Under the pieces are notes generated by a model. The model did not search any database. It was given only the letters and a program-made list of their open reading frames with translations, and was not told the origin of the DNA. A DNA stretch of 59,448 nucleotides, counting the filler, from Sphacelaria rigidula (Eukaryota), in NCBI GenBank assembly GCA_964200075.2. It is 9 parts of 9 records of this genome, joined end to end, with 100 filler letters (N's around TTAATTAATTAA, not from the genome) between each part and the next. Parts side by side here need not be neighbours in the genome. Positions count along the whole stretch, not along the records: positions 1 to 6,517 come from CAXNAA020019596.1; positions 6,618 to 13,134 come from CAXNAA020019597.1; 7 more parts are not named here. One strand, 5' to 3'. The position numbers were made by a program, and so were the translations under genes. Below, in pieces: positions 1-11,890 of this stretch. The first letter of the stretch is position 1, and each line of letters opens with the position of its first letter.

Positions 1-284
1 ATTCGTCACGAGTCGACTCATTATACTAAAACCAAGTAATTTCCAGACGAATCATTATTTGTCCGACCCTTGAAATACTGTATCGCACCTCAATCCTTCC
101 ACGGTGGTGACGGGATTCCTGTGCGCTCGGCCATACTACTTTGTCTTTGTGAAGCGGCTTAGCACGTTTGCCAAGTGTTGGGCGGGTACGGCCTCCGGGC
201 TGCAGCACAACAATACTCCGGTGGGGTGCGTCACCTACATAAATGTAAATGTGTGCCGCAGTGCCACACGAGACTAAATATATA

Positions 285-878
285 ATTCCTCTGTGCCGTA
301 AGTGAAGGTACCTAAATTTGTACGGGCCCTTAACGATGTCCGATATTTTCTTTTTTGAATGAACTCTACGGTGTTCTTAGGGTTAAGAAAATGGGTTTAA
401 AATTTGCAGCTCGTGCTTGAATCATGCAGCCGCGCGGCCGAGAAAAAGTAGGTCGGTCCAAAAACCGCCATTCTTCGCTCGTTTTCCCGGGAAAGCATGA
501 TAGACCCGGGAACACGAAAAATCGCAAAAAATGGGCCAAAAAATGTGAAAATGGCGAAACCACCCTTTATTTTGAACATGTCCGTGATATTAACCTACGC
601 ACGCCCCATCCAACATTTTGTAAGCATGTAAATGCTAGTGCTCGGCGTGAAAACGTCCAAACCGGTCAATAATGGGGGGAAAAATCAAAATGGGTCGAAA
701 TGGGGTATATGTCGACATAGTTTTACTGATGAAAACAAGTTTTTTTTTGCTTTTTTTTTTTTTCAGCTTCGTCTGCGCTTTGCCTTCCTAACGAACCCAA
801 CCACAACATCGTAGCTACCGCTGGCATACCTAAACAATGCATCGCCGTTAGGTACCTTTACTCATGGGACAGAGGAAG
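285..878. mobile_element. Stowaway/Tc1-mariner-like MITE (~594 bp)
   Basis: Imperfect TIRs: left ATTCCTCTGTGCCGTAAGTGAAGGTACCTAA (from 285), right reverse complement CTTCCTCTGTCCCATGAGTAAAGGTACCTAA (ending 878). TA flanks both sides (283-284, 879-880). No transposase ORF. The terminus resembles the Stowaway CTCCCTCCGTCCC motif. Confidence 0.7.
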
Positions 879-1305
879 TAGAAATATATACAAGTGGTGC
901 TGATTTTTGTTGTATGGAATTCAGAGGCCACGGTGCTGGTTTTTGCTGTGTGCACAAAGTTGAACATGCTTGGCCCGTTGCGTCCCCTCATTTGATGAAA
1001 CTACTCCGACCGCACCGGGACGACATTTTTGGTGTGAGCATGACGTATGTCGGTGGATTCTCCTGTGGCCTTCCGCCATAAAGATGGTTGTTGTCGGTTT
1101 TTCTTTTCCCATATTGTCAGCGCTTGAAATATTGAGGCATCTGGACAGGGGACGGGAGGGGAGGGTTCCCGAGGGGTTAAATGGCAGTATGTCGCGAACG
1201 TTCATCATCTCTGGGCTAGCGCAGCCTTCATAAACCAACTGCGCAGCGTTTGCCACTACATGTGTACGAGGACACAACAACGACGGCGTCGTGAAGGCTG
1301 CTAAC

Positions 1306-4300
1306 CTTTTTCTCTTGCTTGATTCTGGCCTTCCGCAGTCTTTTTTCCTCCGCTGTTTCGTTGGCATCGCGCTTTTCGCCGGAGTTCTTCCCTGCTGTGA
1401 GCGAAATCATGCCTCTGTTGAGAAAGGAGCATGTTCACACAGGGTGTTCGACGGCCGGCGAGAGAGACACGAGGCGGGGACAAATACAGGCATGTAAGAC
1501 ACATGGACAAGACACGCAGAGGGAGGCAGAAGGAGACGAACACCAACGGAAACTAGGGACCGACGGTGGCCATGACCGACAGAGATTTAAAAGACACGGA
1601 CAGGCAGGAGAACCGACAGGAATAGAGACATACAGACAAGAACACGGGTCAAAACGTACAGCCAGTGACGGAGACACGAGAACAGAGAGACACAGACGCG
1701 CAAAACGAACAAGACACGACTTAGACAAGAACAAAAAAGAGACGCCGGGCAAGCCCCATTATGGCTTGCAAAGACAGCATATCTTGGCACCGGTGACACT
1801 GCTCGAAACAGGCCGTACGATCCCACAGATATCTGGCTTCCGTATGAGAATGATGGCCAACCCAACGACAGCAACAACAACAACAACAACAACAACGGAA
1901 GGAGAAAGAACAAGCGGGACACACATTCCACCCCTCCCCCCCCCCAAGTTTTGCAAGGGAAAATACAGCACCGACGTAAACGGAGAACATGAAGAAAAAA
2001 AGTGGTGAAAAGGTCGACATAAAGCGCACTATTTCGTCATTGTTTACGTTACAAAAGGCGAAATGATTGTGAACTTACCAGTTCCACCATAGCTACTGCC
2101 TGTACTGCCACTACCGTTACTATTTCGACAAACAAAAAATATTAAACTACTAAAATATGAACGTACTTGTCGCTGTGCGTCCGCTCCGGCAAGACTCCAA
2201 TCGGCAAACCCGTCTTCTCCGACAGCTGCACCACTCCAACTTCCCCCGCCTCACGGCCGGCTGCCGCGGTCGCCGCCGCCTCCTCTGCCCTCGCCTGCGC
2301 CCCTCTGCCTCGGTTCTTGCTGCGGGCTTTATGACCAATACCCAGCACAGATGGGTGGTTATCGAGATTGGAGTACGTGCTCACTATCGTTTCGCAGTCC
2401 CACTTCTCAACCTGTGAGCGGTAACAGCGATTGCGGCACGGTAGTCAGCACAGGGTATGGGGGGAGGACGAGCGGGTCTCGCACAAACACTATTGTGACT
2501 TCACCAATCTCTCCCGCACGAGATTATAATTGAAACCCTGATTAATTGCACCACTCTCGTGCTTGGCCTCTGTGCTGCCAAGGGAGGCCCGGCGGAGGGT
2601 TTGCTACGTACAGAAGTTCCATGATATCTTGTCATCCAAGACAGTCTCGCAATATGTGCACAATCTAGTTCTTGTCCTGAACCGTGAAGCTTGCACTTTG
2701 CGGTCCTGTATTTGAAGTAAGCCCCCAATACCCAACGTGATTCAACCGGACCGGTGTGCTTCTGACTTATCCGCGGTGTTTTCCGCAGAGCGTAGATTGC
2801 GCGATGAGCGAGCAGTGACACACACACAAGAATAGACACACACGGGACCCCACAGAGACGAAAACACAGAGGAAGGCACGCATACATGACACGTTGATGC
2901 AGCGGAGCTGTCTATATTGGGTACTCAATTTCAAGGGGCGAAACACAAAACACGTACATGACGAACAGACAGAGAAGAAAAAAACAAAAACTCACACCGA
3001 CACATTCTACGGTACCCGAACACTTATGGGCCACATGCATGTACTGTGCACGGGCTCCACGCGGACCTAGACATGGCATACATTGGGGCATTGCGCTCTG
3101 CCAGCAACCCAGTCAGGCCGGACGCACGCTGCGCGAACGGCAACAGACGGCGTCCTCGCCAACAAGGGATGGCAGGACGTGTTGTGCCAACGTAAAATAC
3201 CCGGACGAACAATTTTCCGTTGCATTCCGAGGTGAAATAGTCAGGGTTCGTGTTGGAATTTGGGGATGGTTGGTGAGGCCGGCTCGGGCCGCACAAGATG
3301 CGCAAAAGTGCATACGGCGGGGTTCCTTCGTTCTTACAACAGAACAAAACCAGGCACAACATCGTCGCAAACGAAATTTGATTTACGCCGCAGACAAAAT
3401 CATGTATAATTCGAGGGTCGGACAAACAATGATTCGTCTCAAAATTACTTGTTTTTGGTGTATTTGATTCATACCGTATGAATCTATCCGTGGTCCTTGC
3501 CTTCAGCGCTTTCAGTGCTACATCCCTGCACCCCAGGCACGTAGAATAGCGTAAAAATTGCCAAGAGGCGTTGTTCACCCGGGGTCAACATTTTAGTGTT
3601 TTAGGGGCCTTCAGGCCTCAGAAATCATGGATCTGGTTATTCGAACCGGCGATGATTATTCCGATCCTTCGTACTTCGAAATATTTTTTACACCTCAAAC
3701 AGATACCGGTGGTCTAATGTTACAACGGACACCAATAGGGAGAAAATAACGTTGGTTCGGTTCCCGACAGATGCGCTTGGGATTTTCTTCAAAATATATG
3801 TGATTTTCCTTCGCGAAACGCATGGGGAAGTAAGCGAACAGTAGCAAAAAGAGTCTGCTTTCGACGGGGTTTGTACGGGAGCGCCGACCGGATTTGTGAG
3901 GCAAAACCTGCAACGCATTATCCGGGGAGAGATAGGTTGATCCCTTGAGATCTTTGAGACATCTACCGGATTTCTCTCGGGGAGAGGGGGGAGGGAAAGG
4001 GTTGAAAGTGTGACGACGAAAAAAACAAAATGCAACTTCGATCACAAACAAAACGAGATTCACGCTCCAAACAGGTACAATTCATGGCACCAACAGTATA
4101 TAGCTTACGACAGAACCGCGGACAATTTGCATCACAAACAATCTCCAGGTGCAAAACTTACGTCAAACAGTGGAATCCGGTCCTTTAGGTACAAGTAGTA
4201 TTTTCGGGATGAGGGCGGCAAGGGGGATCTGAACCCAAGATCAGGTGCTACACAGGGATGCCTTGGCCGGCTGCCTTGGCCGATCAGAAGGGGCAGAATT

Positions 4301-5321
4301 TCTCGGGCAGAATACATCTGTATCTTCGAGCCTACATATATGAGTACTCATCCTCACATGGCCCACAACGTGCAACAACTACCCACACCTCGACGTGATC
4401 CTTACCGTTCGTTGGATTGCCCCCAAACACGCATACACACACACAACAAAGATCTCTACTATACCTGCTTCTCCCTCAAGTATTCATTGTGACGCCCAAG
4501 ATCAACGAACTCATCCTCCTCCTCGTCATCATCATCTCCCTCATCATCCCCCTGCTCCTCCGCTCCTCTTCTCACCACGCCGCCCCCACCGCCGCCTCCG
4601 CCCAGCCCTTGCAACTTGCCCAGACGCGGCCCTGTCCCTTCCGCAGCAGCAACGACGCCACCCCCTCCCCCACCTCCACTCTGCTCGCCGCCCTTAGCCC
4701 CCGCCGATATTGTCGAGCTTGGCGCCGCGGCAGAACCCGCAGCGGCAGCCGCCGCCCCCTCCGCCGACGGGCCTCCACCGGGACTGCAACCATCTTCGTT
4801 GGTGTTGCTGTTGTTGCTGCTGCTGTTCTTGTCAAGGGTGGCGACGGCGATGGCCCGCTGCTCTGGTGGGAGGCGCTCTACCCCGTCCACCCATGCGGCG
4901 TCCTCCTTGTTCTGCAAGAACTCGTCCAGGCACGCGTTCGCGTATCCGTGCTGTTCGAGGTCCCTGCACACGATGGCGAGGAGAACGGTAGACAGAATAT
5001 ACAAACGAGGCTTTTTGGACAGTAGATGCGCGGGGCGAAGCAGGAGTATGTGGGAGAGGCCGGCTGCCGCGAGCAATGGAACGCGTTCAGATATTCTTGC
5101 TCTGCGGGGTCGCAATTTGTTTCCCTTTTCTAGTGTCACCAACACGTTCAAACTCATTTCTTCATGTCAATCGGTGAACGTGGGTTTTTGCAGCCATGGA
5201 ACACGGCAACCGTAAAGCCTGGAAAAGTCGGTCTGAGTGCTTCCACCCACCATTGCCCCTGTACTCCATCATCGTCTTCCTCCAGCTCACCCCACTCGTC
5301 GCTGTCGTAAGCCGCTAGCGT
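1306..5321 (-). CDS. LTV1: LTV1 (low-temperature viability protein, 40S ribosome biogenesis factor), partial; exons 5321-5251, 4963-4465, 2411-2167, 1414-1306
   Basis: All four exons have GT/AG boundaries with consistent phases (2, 0, 2). The spliced product contains YDSDEWGEL, the LTV1 signature VEKWDCETIVSTYSNLDNHP, QLSEKTGLPIGVL and the basic C-terminal coil ETAEEKRLRKARIKQEKK. The 5' exons and the last exon were not identified in this contig. Confidence 0.9.
3411..3673. mobile_element. Possible degenerate mariner-like MITE; a related end lies at 28-75
   Basis: The left end CGAGGGTCGGACAAACAATGATTCG loosely matches the reverse complement of the right end (TACGAAGGATCGGAATAATCATCG). Positions 3407-3457 also match 28-75 in reverse orientation. 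Confidence 0.35.
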
Positions 5322-6517
5322 CTACAAATCAAGTCAAAAAGAAACGCGACCGTAAGGAGGAGGGTGCGGTGGGGGGTGGAGTGGTCATCACGATAGTGCA
5401 CCTTTTTGCGCGGTAAAATGATTCAGGTACCCGTCATGCGCCATGCCCTGGAAAAGGGCACGCACGCGGCAACAGGACCCATATCAAACGCCAAACGACA
5501 ATTTCAGGTATACCTGGACTTACCTGGGAACAACAACAGGGACGGCTTACAGGCGGTACCAACATATAAAACTCTCACTTCTCGATCATGTTATGGGCAT
5601 AAACGGGGGCGTCGGGAAAAACTGCAGGTGTGAAGTTCAATTGCTCTGTATCTGTTGCAGGGGGTATACCTGAACTACGGCACTTCACTGAACCTGGCGG
5701 TAATTGCACCCGTTTCCGGCGGTTAACAACAAGCGAAAATACCAAAGTTCCCGTCTAACTACAGAGGCGAAACAACAACAGTCGAAGTCCTTCGACCTCT
5801 TCCCGCAACGTACACGTGACCCGACACTCGCGAGCATGGCGTGCATGTATTTGTGTGCATGTGTTTAACTTGTTTTGACCTCCGAGCGCCGGACGATGCT
5901 TTGTGCAGACGTTTATCCGGCTTGCCGAGTTTGCTCGCGATAAACAGCCCGTGCACCGAGTGCACCGGCAGACATACGGTGGCGCAATGAACGAAGAGAG
6001 AGAAAAAGAGAGGAACATGGGATCTTCACGGGTGCCCACAGGAGAAGGGTCACACGCTGCCCCCCCCGCCCCCGCCCCTGCCCCCGCCCGCCCGACCGCA
6101 CGGGACACGCGTACCTGGGGACCCTACCGTTCGTGCGGCAGAGATGCACCTATTGCGGTAGACCGTACTTGGGACGATTTTCGAGCCGATCATATTTGGT
6201 CAAATGTTCTTCGCTGCCAATGTTACGCGAGCAACAGCCCGGCGCACGCTGGCCACACATGTGCACAACGAGTCACCCGCAGTTCGGAGGTCGGGATATT
6301 TGGAACACACATGGATACATAGGCACATACACACACACACACACGTCATGCTCGAGGGTATGTGATCATCGGTGCTTTTGCCGCTGTCGCGAGAGTGGAA
6401 TTGCGGCAGTTTCTCTCTTTTGGGGGGGGGGGGGGGGGGGGGGGAAGAAGGGGGGGAATAATTTCCGCCAAAACCAAGGTAACGGCAAACGGCAAGGTTT
6501 TTCCTTTTGTAAAAAAC

Positions 6518-6617
6518 NNNNNNNNNNNNNNNNNNNNNNNNNNNNNNNNNNNNNNNNNNNNTTAATTAATTAANNNNNNNNNNNNNNNNNNNNNNNNNNN
6601 NNNNNNNNNNNNNNNNN
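6518..6617. other. Artificial contig spacer N44-TTAATTAATTAA-N44 (also 13135-13234, 19752-19851, 26369-26468, 32985-33084, 39601-39700, 46217-46316, 52833-52932)
   Basis: Eight identical 100-bp spacers carry a six-frame stop linker. The intervening segments are 6517, 6517, 6517, 6517, 6516, 6516, 6516, 6516 and 6516 bp. Confidence 0.98.
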
Positions 6618-6795
6618 CATCATGGTTACCGCAAGAAAAACGCAAGCGCGCGAAAAAAAAACGGTAACATGGTTGCCTGGCTTACGCGGTGAGTGGCGTG
6701 TTTTTACAGCGTCATCGCCAACCGACGCCAACCCCATCGGGGGTCCGGCCCTACAAAGCCGGGACGGAGCACGCCGGGTTCACGCCGGACCAGGC
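6618..6795 (-). mobile_element. Partial copy (5' part) of the abundant poly(C)-flanked dispersed element
   Basis: Reverse complement of 41070-41240, including the 46-bp unit CTGGTCCGGCG..CCCGGCGTGCTCCGTCCCGGCTTTGTAGGG. Cut by the contig start. Confidence 0.85.
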
Positions 6796-7085
6796 GGGGA
6801 GAGGCGAACGGTCAGGATAAGGACATTGAGGTACAAGCTGCGTGTGTATCTCGCAGAGTGTTGTTGGAGCGTTCGGGTATGCACTCGAGTCAACGACGCT
6901 TCGTAGATTGACTTTCTTCTGTTATCATGCATCATGCCCGATGTTTCGTTTTGCAGCTACTTTGTGCCCATGAGAGGAACGACATCGCACAAAGGCGTAT
7001 CATTTCTAAAAAGAGTTCATGCAATATATAAGTTAATATGCAGTATTGTTATTTATTCGCAGCATAACAAAGTATTTTGTCTCAC

Positions 7086-8214
7086 CTCGGAGCGGTTGGC
7101 GTTGAGCCACTTGACGACCTCCAAATGGCCGTTGTACGCCGCACCGTTCATAGCACTCGTAGTGCACCCCTGCATATCTCGGCGTCACGAGTATCGGGAG
7201 CAAGTAACGGGGTTACAGTAGTGCGAGTAAGTAGTGCAACGGAAAAGGAGGATGATTCACTGCAAATATTTCTGATCCGCGGTCAGCGGACAAACGTGAA
7301 AGCTGTTCCCTCCTGGAGGCGTTGTTGATTTTTCCGTACTCAACGTGGCACTAATTCTCAATAACAACCGTTGTTTCCCAGAGGGAAGAGCGTCAATATA
7401 CATGCAGCATTTCCACGGATTGCAACGGGGATTTCCCCCCACCCCACCCCTTCGATCATTGCCGAATCCTGGCGTACGCACGGATCACTGGTTGGCTTGA
7501 AAATCGCACCAGATGACAAGAATCCCTCGCAAGTAGGGCTCCCACAAATATTAGTCGTCATGTTGGGATGCGTTTGAAGTCAAGACATTGTACATTTACA
7601 TATGCATACATATGTAGCCTTGATACACTGGGTGGTGTACCCAAATGATACCAAGACGTAGGTTTCAGCATAATCGCATGCATGATTGGAGCAGTCGCAG
7701 GGGACAGGGGATCCTGGATTGATGAACCTTATCTGTGTGGCCCCTTGCTGCCTAGCTCTTGATGTGGTTTGTTGAGGATCACTCCGTGATAATAACAAGC
7801 GAGAAGAAAGGATTTGTCGAGCACGAGGCCAGTGCTACTGGAGGAGTCCCTCGTGGATAGTCGTCTTGTCCAGATCGTCTGGCAGAGGCTACAGTGGACA
7901 GTTTGACTTGAAAGAGAGTTTTGTACTTTTGATATGGCCTGGCTGTGTGCTGTGTTCATGCTCATCCGTTCACCAAGTCGACCTAAACGCAAGCCCCAAT
8001 GCTTCCCCTTGGATATTTTCCCCGAAACCATCGCAAAAAAACGGGTCACGTTTGCCTTCTCACTTCGGCAAGATTGTTTCTAAGCCACTCAGCCCCACTT
8101 GATCATGTTCAGGTAGTTATGCGTCATCTCTGACCCTAATCCTAACCCTGACTCTGACCTTGGCGCCATCCGTGATCCTAAACGTAGCTTCGTTTCCACG
8201 TCAGCACGGCAATG

Positions 8215-8246
<32 letters not shown>

Positions 8247-10661
8247 CGCACTTTATCTGACCCCGCAGGGGTCCAGCCGTGGTCTCATAATAGACGTACC
8301 CAACAAAAAATAAAATAAAACACGCTCTGAGAAAAAAAGATGGTGCGGTTTTTTTAAGACACCTTGACGCGCATGTCTGAAAATGATATCGTCCGAACTC
8401 GACCCATGACCCCATGCAAGACGATTCCGCAAAACGTGTTCATCTCAGTCTGATTGTCGTGCAACCACCCGACGATCTCTTGAAATGGCCGTGCCAGAGC
8501 CAGTCAGTATGGTTGTTGCACAGCCCCTTGCCGGTGTCTGGACGCCCATCACCCATCATACCTCATCACGCCTCATGCCCCATCACCCACATATCATGCC
8601 TTGGATTCTCAAACGCTGGACTCAAACCCCAACTCTATGTTACAAATACAACGAACTGCAACAACAGAAACGCTGCGAAAGACGCTCACCTCCGCGCGGT
8701 TGTTGTGCAGCCACTTTACAATGTCCAGATGTCCGTGCCAGGCGGACATAATCATGGCGTATTCCGTGCATCCTTCGTCCAGGTTGGACGCTAGGTACTC
8801 CAGTACAGCCGTGTGTCCCCCCGAAGCAGCGTTGTTCATCGCTGCTGTAGTGCACCCTTCGTGTCTGCTCTTGTGCAAGAACTTGACGATCTGGATATGT
8901 TTTTGAAGAAATAAAACAGGATGTGTATCGTCATTGTGAAACTAACTCCCTCATCGTTACGTGCGCGAGCGGAAGATGGCAGTACCATGATCAGGAAGTC
9001 GGCGAAAAAAGAAACAAGCTCCAAAGATCGCAATGAGGACGATGAACTACAAGATCTCTTCTCTGCTGTATCCAGTGTACGTCGATTGCTCACGCGATGC
9101 GCACGCAAGGCCCGGGAACACTCGATGAAGACATATCGTTGTGTTTTTTCTTCGTACTTCTGACTCTTGACATCTGCTCTACCTCGGGGTTAGCCCGCAG
9201 TCTGTCCCAAAGTATCAACCCCGCCTGTATGTCCGTATATACTCTACATCTCGGAATCACCGATTGGTCTGAATCAGTACCCCCGCACTGCACCATCTCT
9301 CGTTATGTTTCATCTGCTCTTTTCACGTCTCCACGTTCTCATCGACGGAAACCAGGATCTGAATAATAATAGCGACAACAAAAGGTATACCTGTCGGGAT
9401 TCGAATCCACAACCTTCTACCCTAACCGGGTACTGTTGTACCATTTTCAATTTGATCACCTGGGCGCGGCGGGTAACAAGAGGAAGCCCTCGGGGATAAA
9501 ATAATAATGTCATGTTTTGTATTCGTAATTAGTGTACCGTAGGCCCCCCTCCACCCCCCACCGACCACCGTGCCCATGAAGCCCCCGTGAATGCAGATTC
9601 TCAATGGATGGTGCTTCAGCATGCAGAGATATTGAGCAGTGCGCTCACCGCTTGTGCTCGCATGGGCTCTGAGTAAAGGTTGCGCGGGTGTAGTGCATGT
9701 GCAAAGAGAGTACGACGCGACGACATCCCTTGAAACGGCGTCGCGCGAAGTGGACGTTGACCCTTTATGGCTTCGTGGAAAAATGGTTTCTTCGTCCTCT
9801 ACGGAAAATCGTGGGAAGCATACCCCTCTGCAGGCATGGCGTGTCTATTCTCGGCAAAATATCTTTACGGTTCGAACTACTGGGCTCTATACTTTCGTGT
9901 TCTGAGCGTACGTTTAAAATGGGCATCAACAACAATAGTGAACGGTCCCGTCGAGCACACTGTGAAGCCGAATAAACGAGTACTGGTAAGGTACCCTGAT
10001 GGTTTTGTTCCCGAACTTTCGAGCGGTATCTGAAAAGATAGTTGCTTTACTTGGACGAAGATATGTCGATAGTGTACATCACTTATTTTATACCCACTTC
10101 TCGTGCTATCATCTACAGCACTGTATCCCGTACAGTCCAACCTACTTGCTGTACCATTTGTAGAGCCACGTCCTGCACTTAAATTTACGTTGCGCAGCGT
10201 ACAGCACCCAACACCTCATGCAGTTCCACTCTATGGCACTGCGACGTATATGGGGTCGCCTACAACTGCGCTATACCTTATGCAGTCGCATCATATCCAC
10301 AATGCCCTCTGCAAAACCACATACTAACCTGTACCCCAAGCAAAGTCACCTATTGTACTAGACTATATCTCCAATATTCCACCTAGCGTGTAGATGTGTA
10401 TTATACCTCAAGATGCCCTCTTCTCGCGGCTAAGTCCATGGCCTCCGTTGTACATCCCTCGCTCCTAAATTCATGAAGATATTTCACCACTTCCAGATGA
10501 CCTGCACACGCTGCACCGTCCATGGCCTTCGTAGTCCCGACAAGGTTTGGCATGTTGGTCGTTAGCCAGCGGACGACTGGCAGATGACCATTGGACGCTG
10601 CAGCGTCGATCGCTTCGGACGTGGCACCTTCGGAACGGTTCGCGTGAAGAAACTCCAGCAC
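7086..10661 (-). CDS. Ankyrin-repeat protein (short 28-aa ankyrin-like repeats), partial; exons 10661-10407, 8890-8690, 7169-7086
   Basis: Three AG/GT-bounded phase-0 exons (255, 201 and 84 bp) encode repeats of consensus GCTTxAMDxAAxxGHLEVVKWLHxNRxE, e.g. EGCTTEAMDLAARRGHLE|IVKFLHKSRHEGCTTAAMNNAASGGH and GCTTSAMNGAAYNGHLEVVKWLNANRSE. Confidence 0.88.
7636..7893. mobile_element. Solo LTR (258 bp) in the ankyrin gene intron
   Basis: TGTACCC...GGCTACA termini with a 4-bp target-site duplication GTGG (7632-7635, 7894-7897). A closely similar copy lies at 55123-55384. Confidence 0.85.
8215..8320 (-). mobile_element. 3' end of a non-LTR retroposon (T-rich UTR, stem-loop, (ATCA)n tail)
   Basis: The reverse complement carries TGGGTACGTCTATTATGAGACCACGGCTGGACCCC..GGGTCAG..TGCGACAAT followed by (CAAT)n. 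The same motif occurs at 42860-42945, 45312-45510 and 52933-53120. Confidence 0.7.
9380..9465 (-). mobile_element. tRNA-derived SINE-like head (degenerate)
   Basis: The minus strand has an A-box-like GCCCAGGTGATCAAATTG followed about 40 nt later by a B-box-like GGATTCGAATCC. There is no complete cloverleaf. Confidence 0.4.
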
Positions 10662-11629
10662 CTGTCATCATTTATATTTCGTTCGTTGTCATCGAGAAAA
10701 TGGTAAGATACGTTTGCTTTGGTATCGGCATCCTGGGGGAGTAGCTTCCGTTCTCGGGACAGGATGGCTTTATGGTTTTCATCAAAATGTTAAGAGTGTT
10801 GACAAACCTATTCGCTCACTTCTGTAGTTAACCCATCGGCCGCGAGGGTGGGCGACCTGAGTCTCGTATTAATTATTCAAGTGTAAACGGTGCCGATTCG
10901 ACAGACGACCATCACTGGCGGTGAAAGGGCTGAAGGGAGTAGAAAGGGCTAAGGGAGTTAGAAAGGGATAAGGGAATAAACGACCTGTGAGCATTTGTCG
11001 TCCGGAGACCGGAGCATCGGTTCTGAGTTTTTTTTCAGCCAGAAGGACTTCGTTGTGTTTTTCAATTCAAGAAAAAAATAACTACACGTGGATTATTTCA
11101 TTGAAAAACTGCAGCATCTCTGTCGATGCGTTTTTTTTGCTGTAGCTGAAGGTCGACGATAAGCCAACCGAAACACGAAATGTGCCTTAATGCACCGCTC
11201 TTGTTTGTTCACTACTACATATTATCCTGCTCGTACTTCGAGGACTAACTTTCTTACGTGCGACTTGCAGCAGGGCGGTAGTCGAGCACCGACCAGCGTT
11301 TTGATTGAAAAAGAGGTTGGCGGGTAAAAACCTGCAAGTGTCCAGTGTCCACTGAACTGGCGGCGCCAAGAAACGTACATGGGTAATCGAGCATTTGGTC
11401 ACGCCATCATCTCAGTAGCTGGGCGCTTCCTCATACTACATCCAAGCAGATAGCCTCGCACCGAAAATCGACTGCTCGTTTATATTATAGAGTTCACTAG
11501 GTGTAATCAGATGTCGAGGTTGAGTTCCTGGTACTCTGTGCCTGGCACCAAGACTATCGTCAAGAAGAAACTCACAATACGACTTCCACCTGTGACAAGG
11601 TTTAAGATTGAGAGTAGAGCGCTGATTGA

Positions 11630-11890
11630 GAGCGGCTTTGATCGTTTGCCTTAACGTAGCTATTTTTCATTATGTGCGTGCTTTTCTTTCCCTCCATCAC
11701 TGGCGTGTGCTTACAGCTACACGTCGATATCCTACTCAGGGATATCAAGGGCCTCAGTGGCAAGCTACTTCAGAAAGAATATCGGGCTTCGTGGAGGGGC
11801 ATTTCGGAACTGAAACGATTCATTCCCTTATTGACCGCTTTTCACTCTCAGTCGTACCCTCTACTCTCAGTCTCACGAAAACACTGTTCT
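11630..11890 (+). repeat. Dispersed repeat, second copy at ~21345-21630
   Basis: Both contigs share the block CGATATCCTACTCAGGGATATCAA..CAGTGGCAAGCTAC..TATCGGGC.TCGTGGAGGGGCATTTCGGAACTGAAAC..TCACGAAAAC. Confidence 0.8.

Noticed and set aside
690..790. Lys-rich stretch as the last LTV1 exon
   Set aside because: It comes from poly-T tracts inside the MITE at 285-878 and lacks LTV1-like sequence.
4395..5215. Several long plus-strand ORFs; likewise 38104-39656
   Set aside because: These are antisense shadows of the GC-rich LTV1 and DENN exons.
6562..6573. TTAATTAATTAA as a biological motif
   Set aside because: It is centred in N runs eight times; it is an assembly linker.
11330..11375. GAASSVDTGHLQ as an extra ankyrin exon
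   Set aside because: Wrong spacing, weak donor (GTTTTT) and no upstream repeat consensus.
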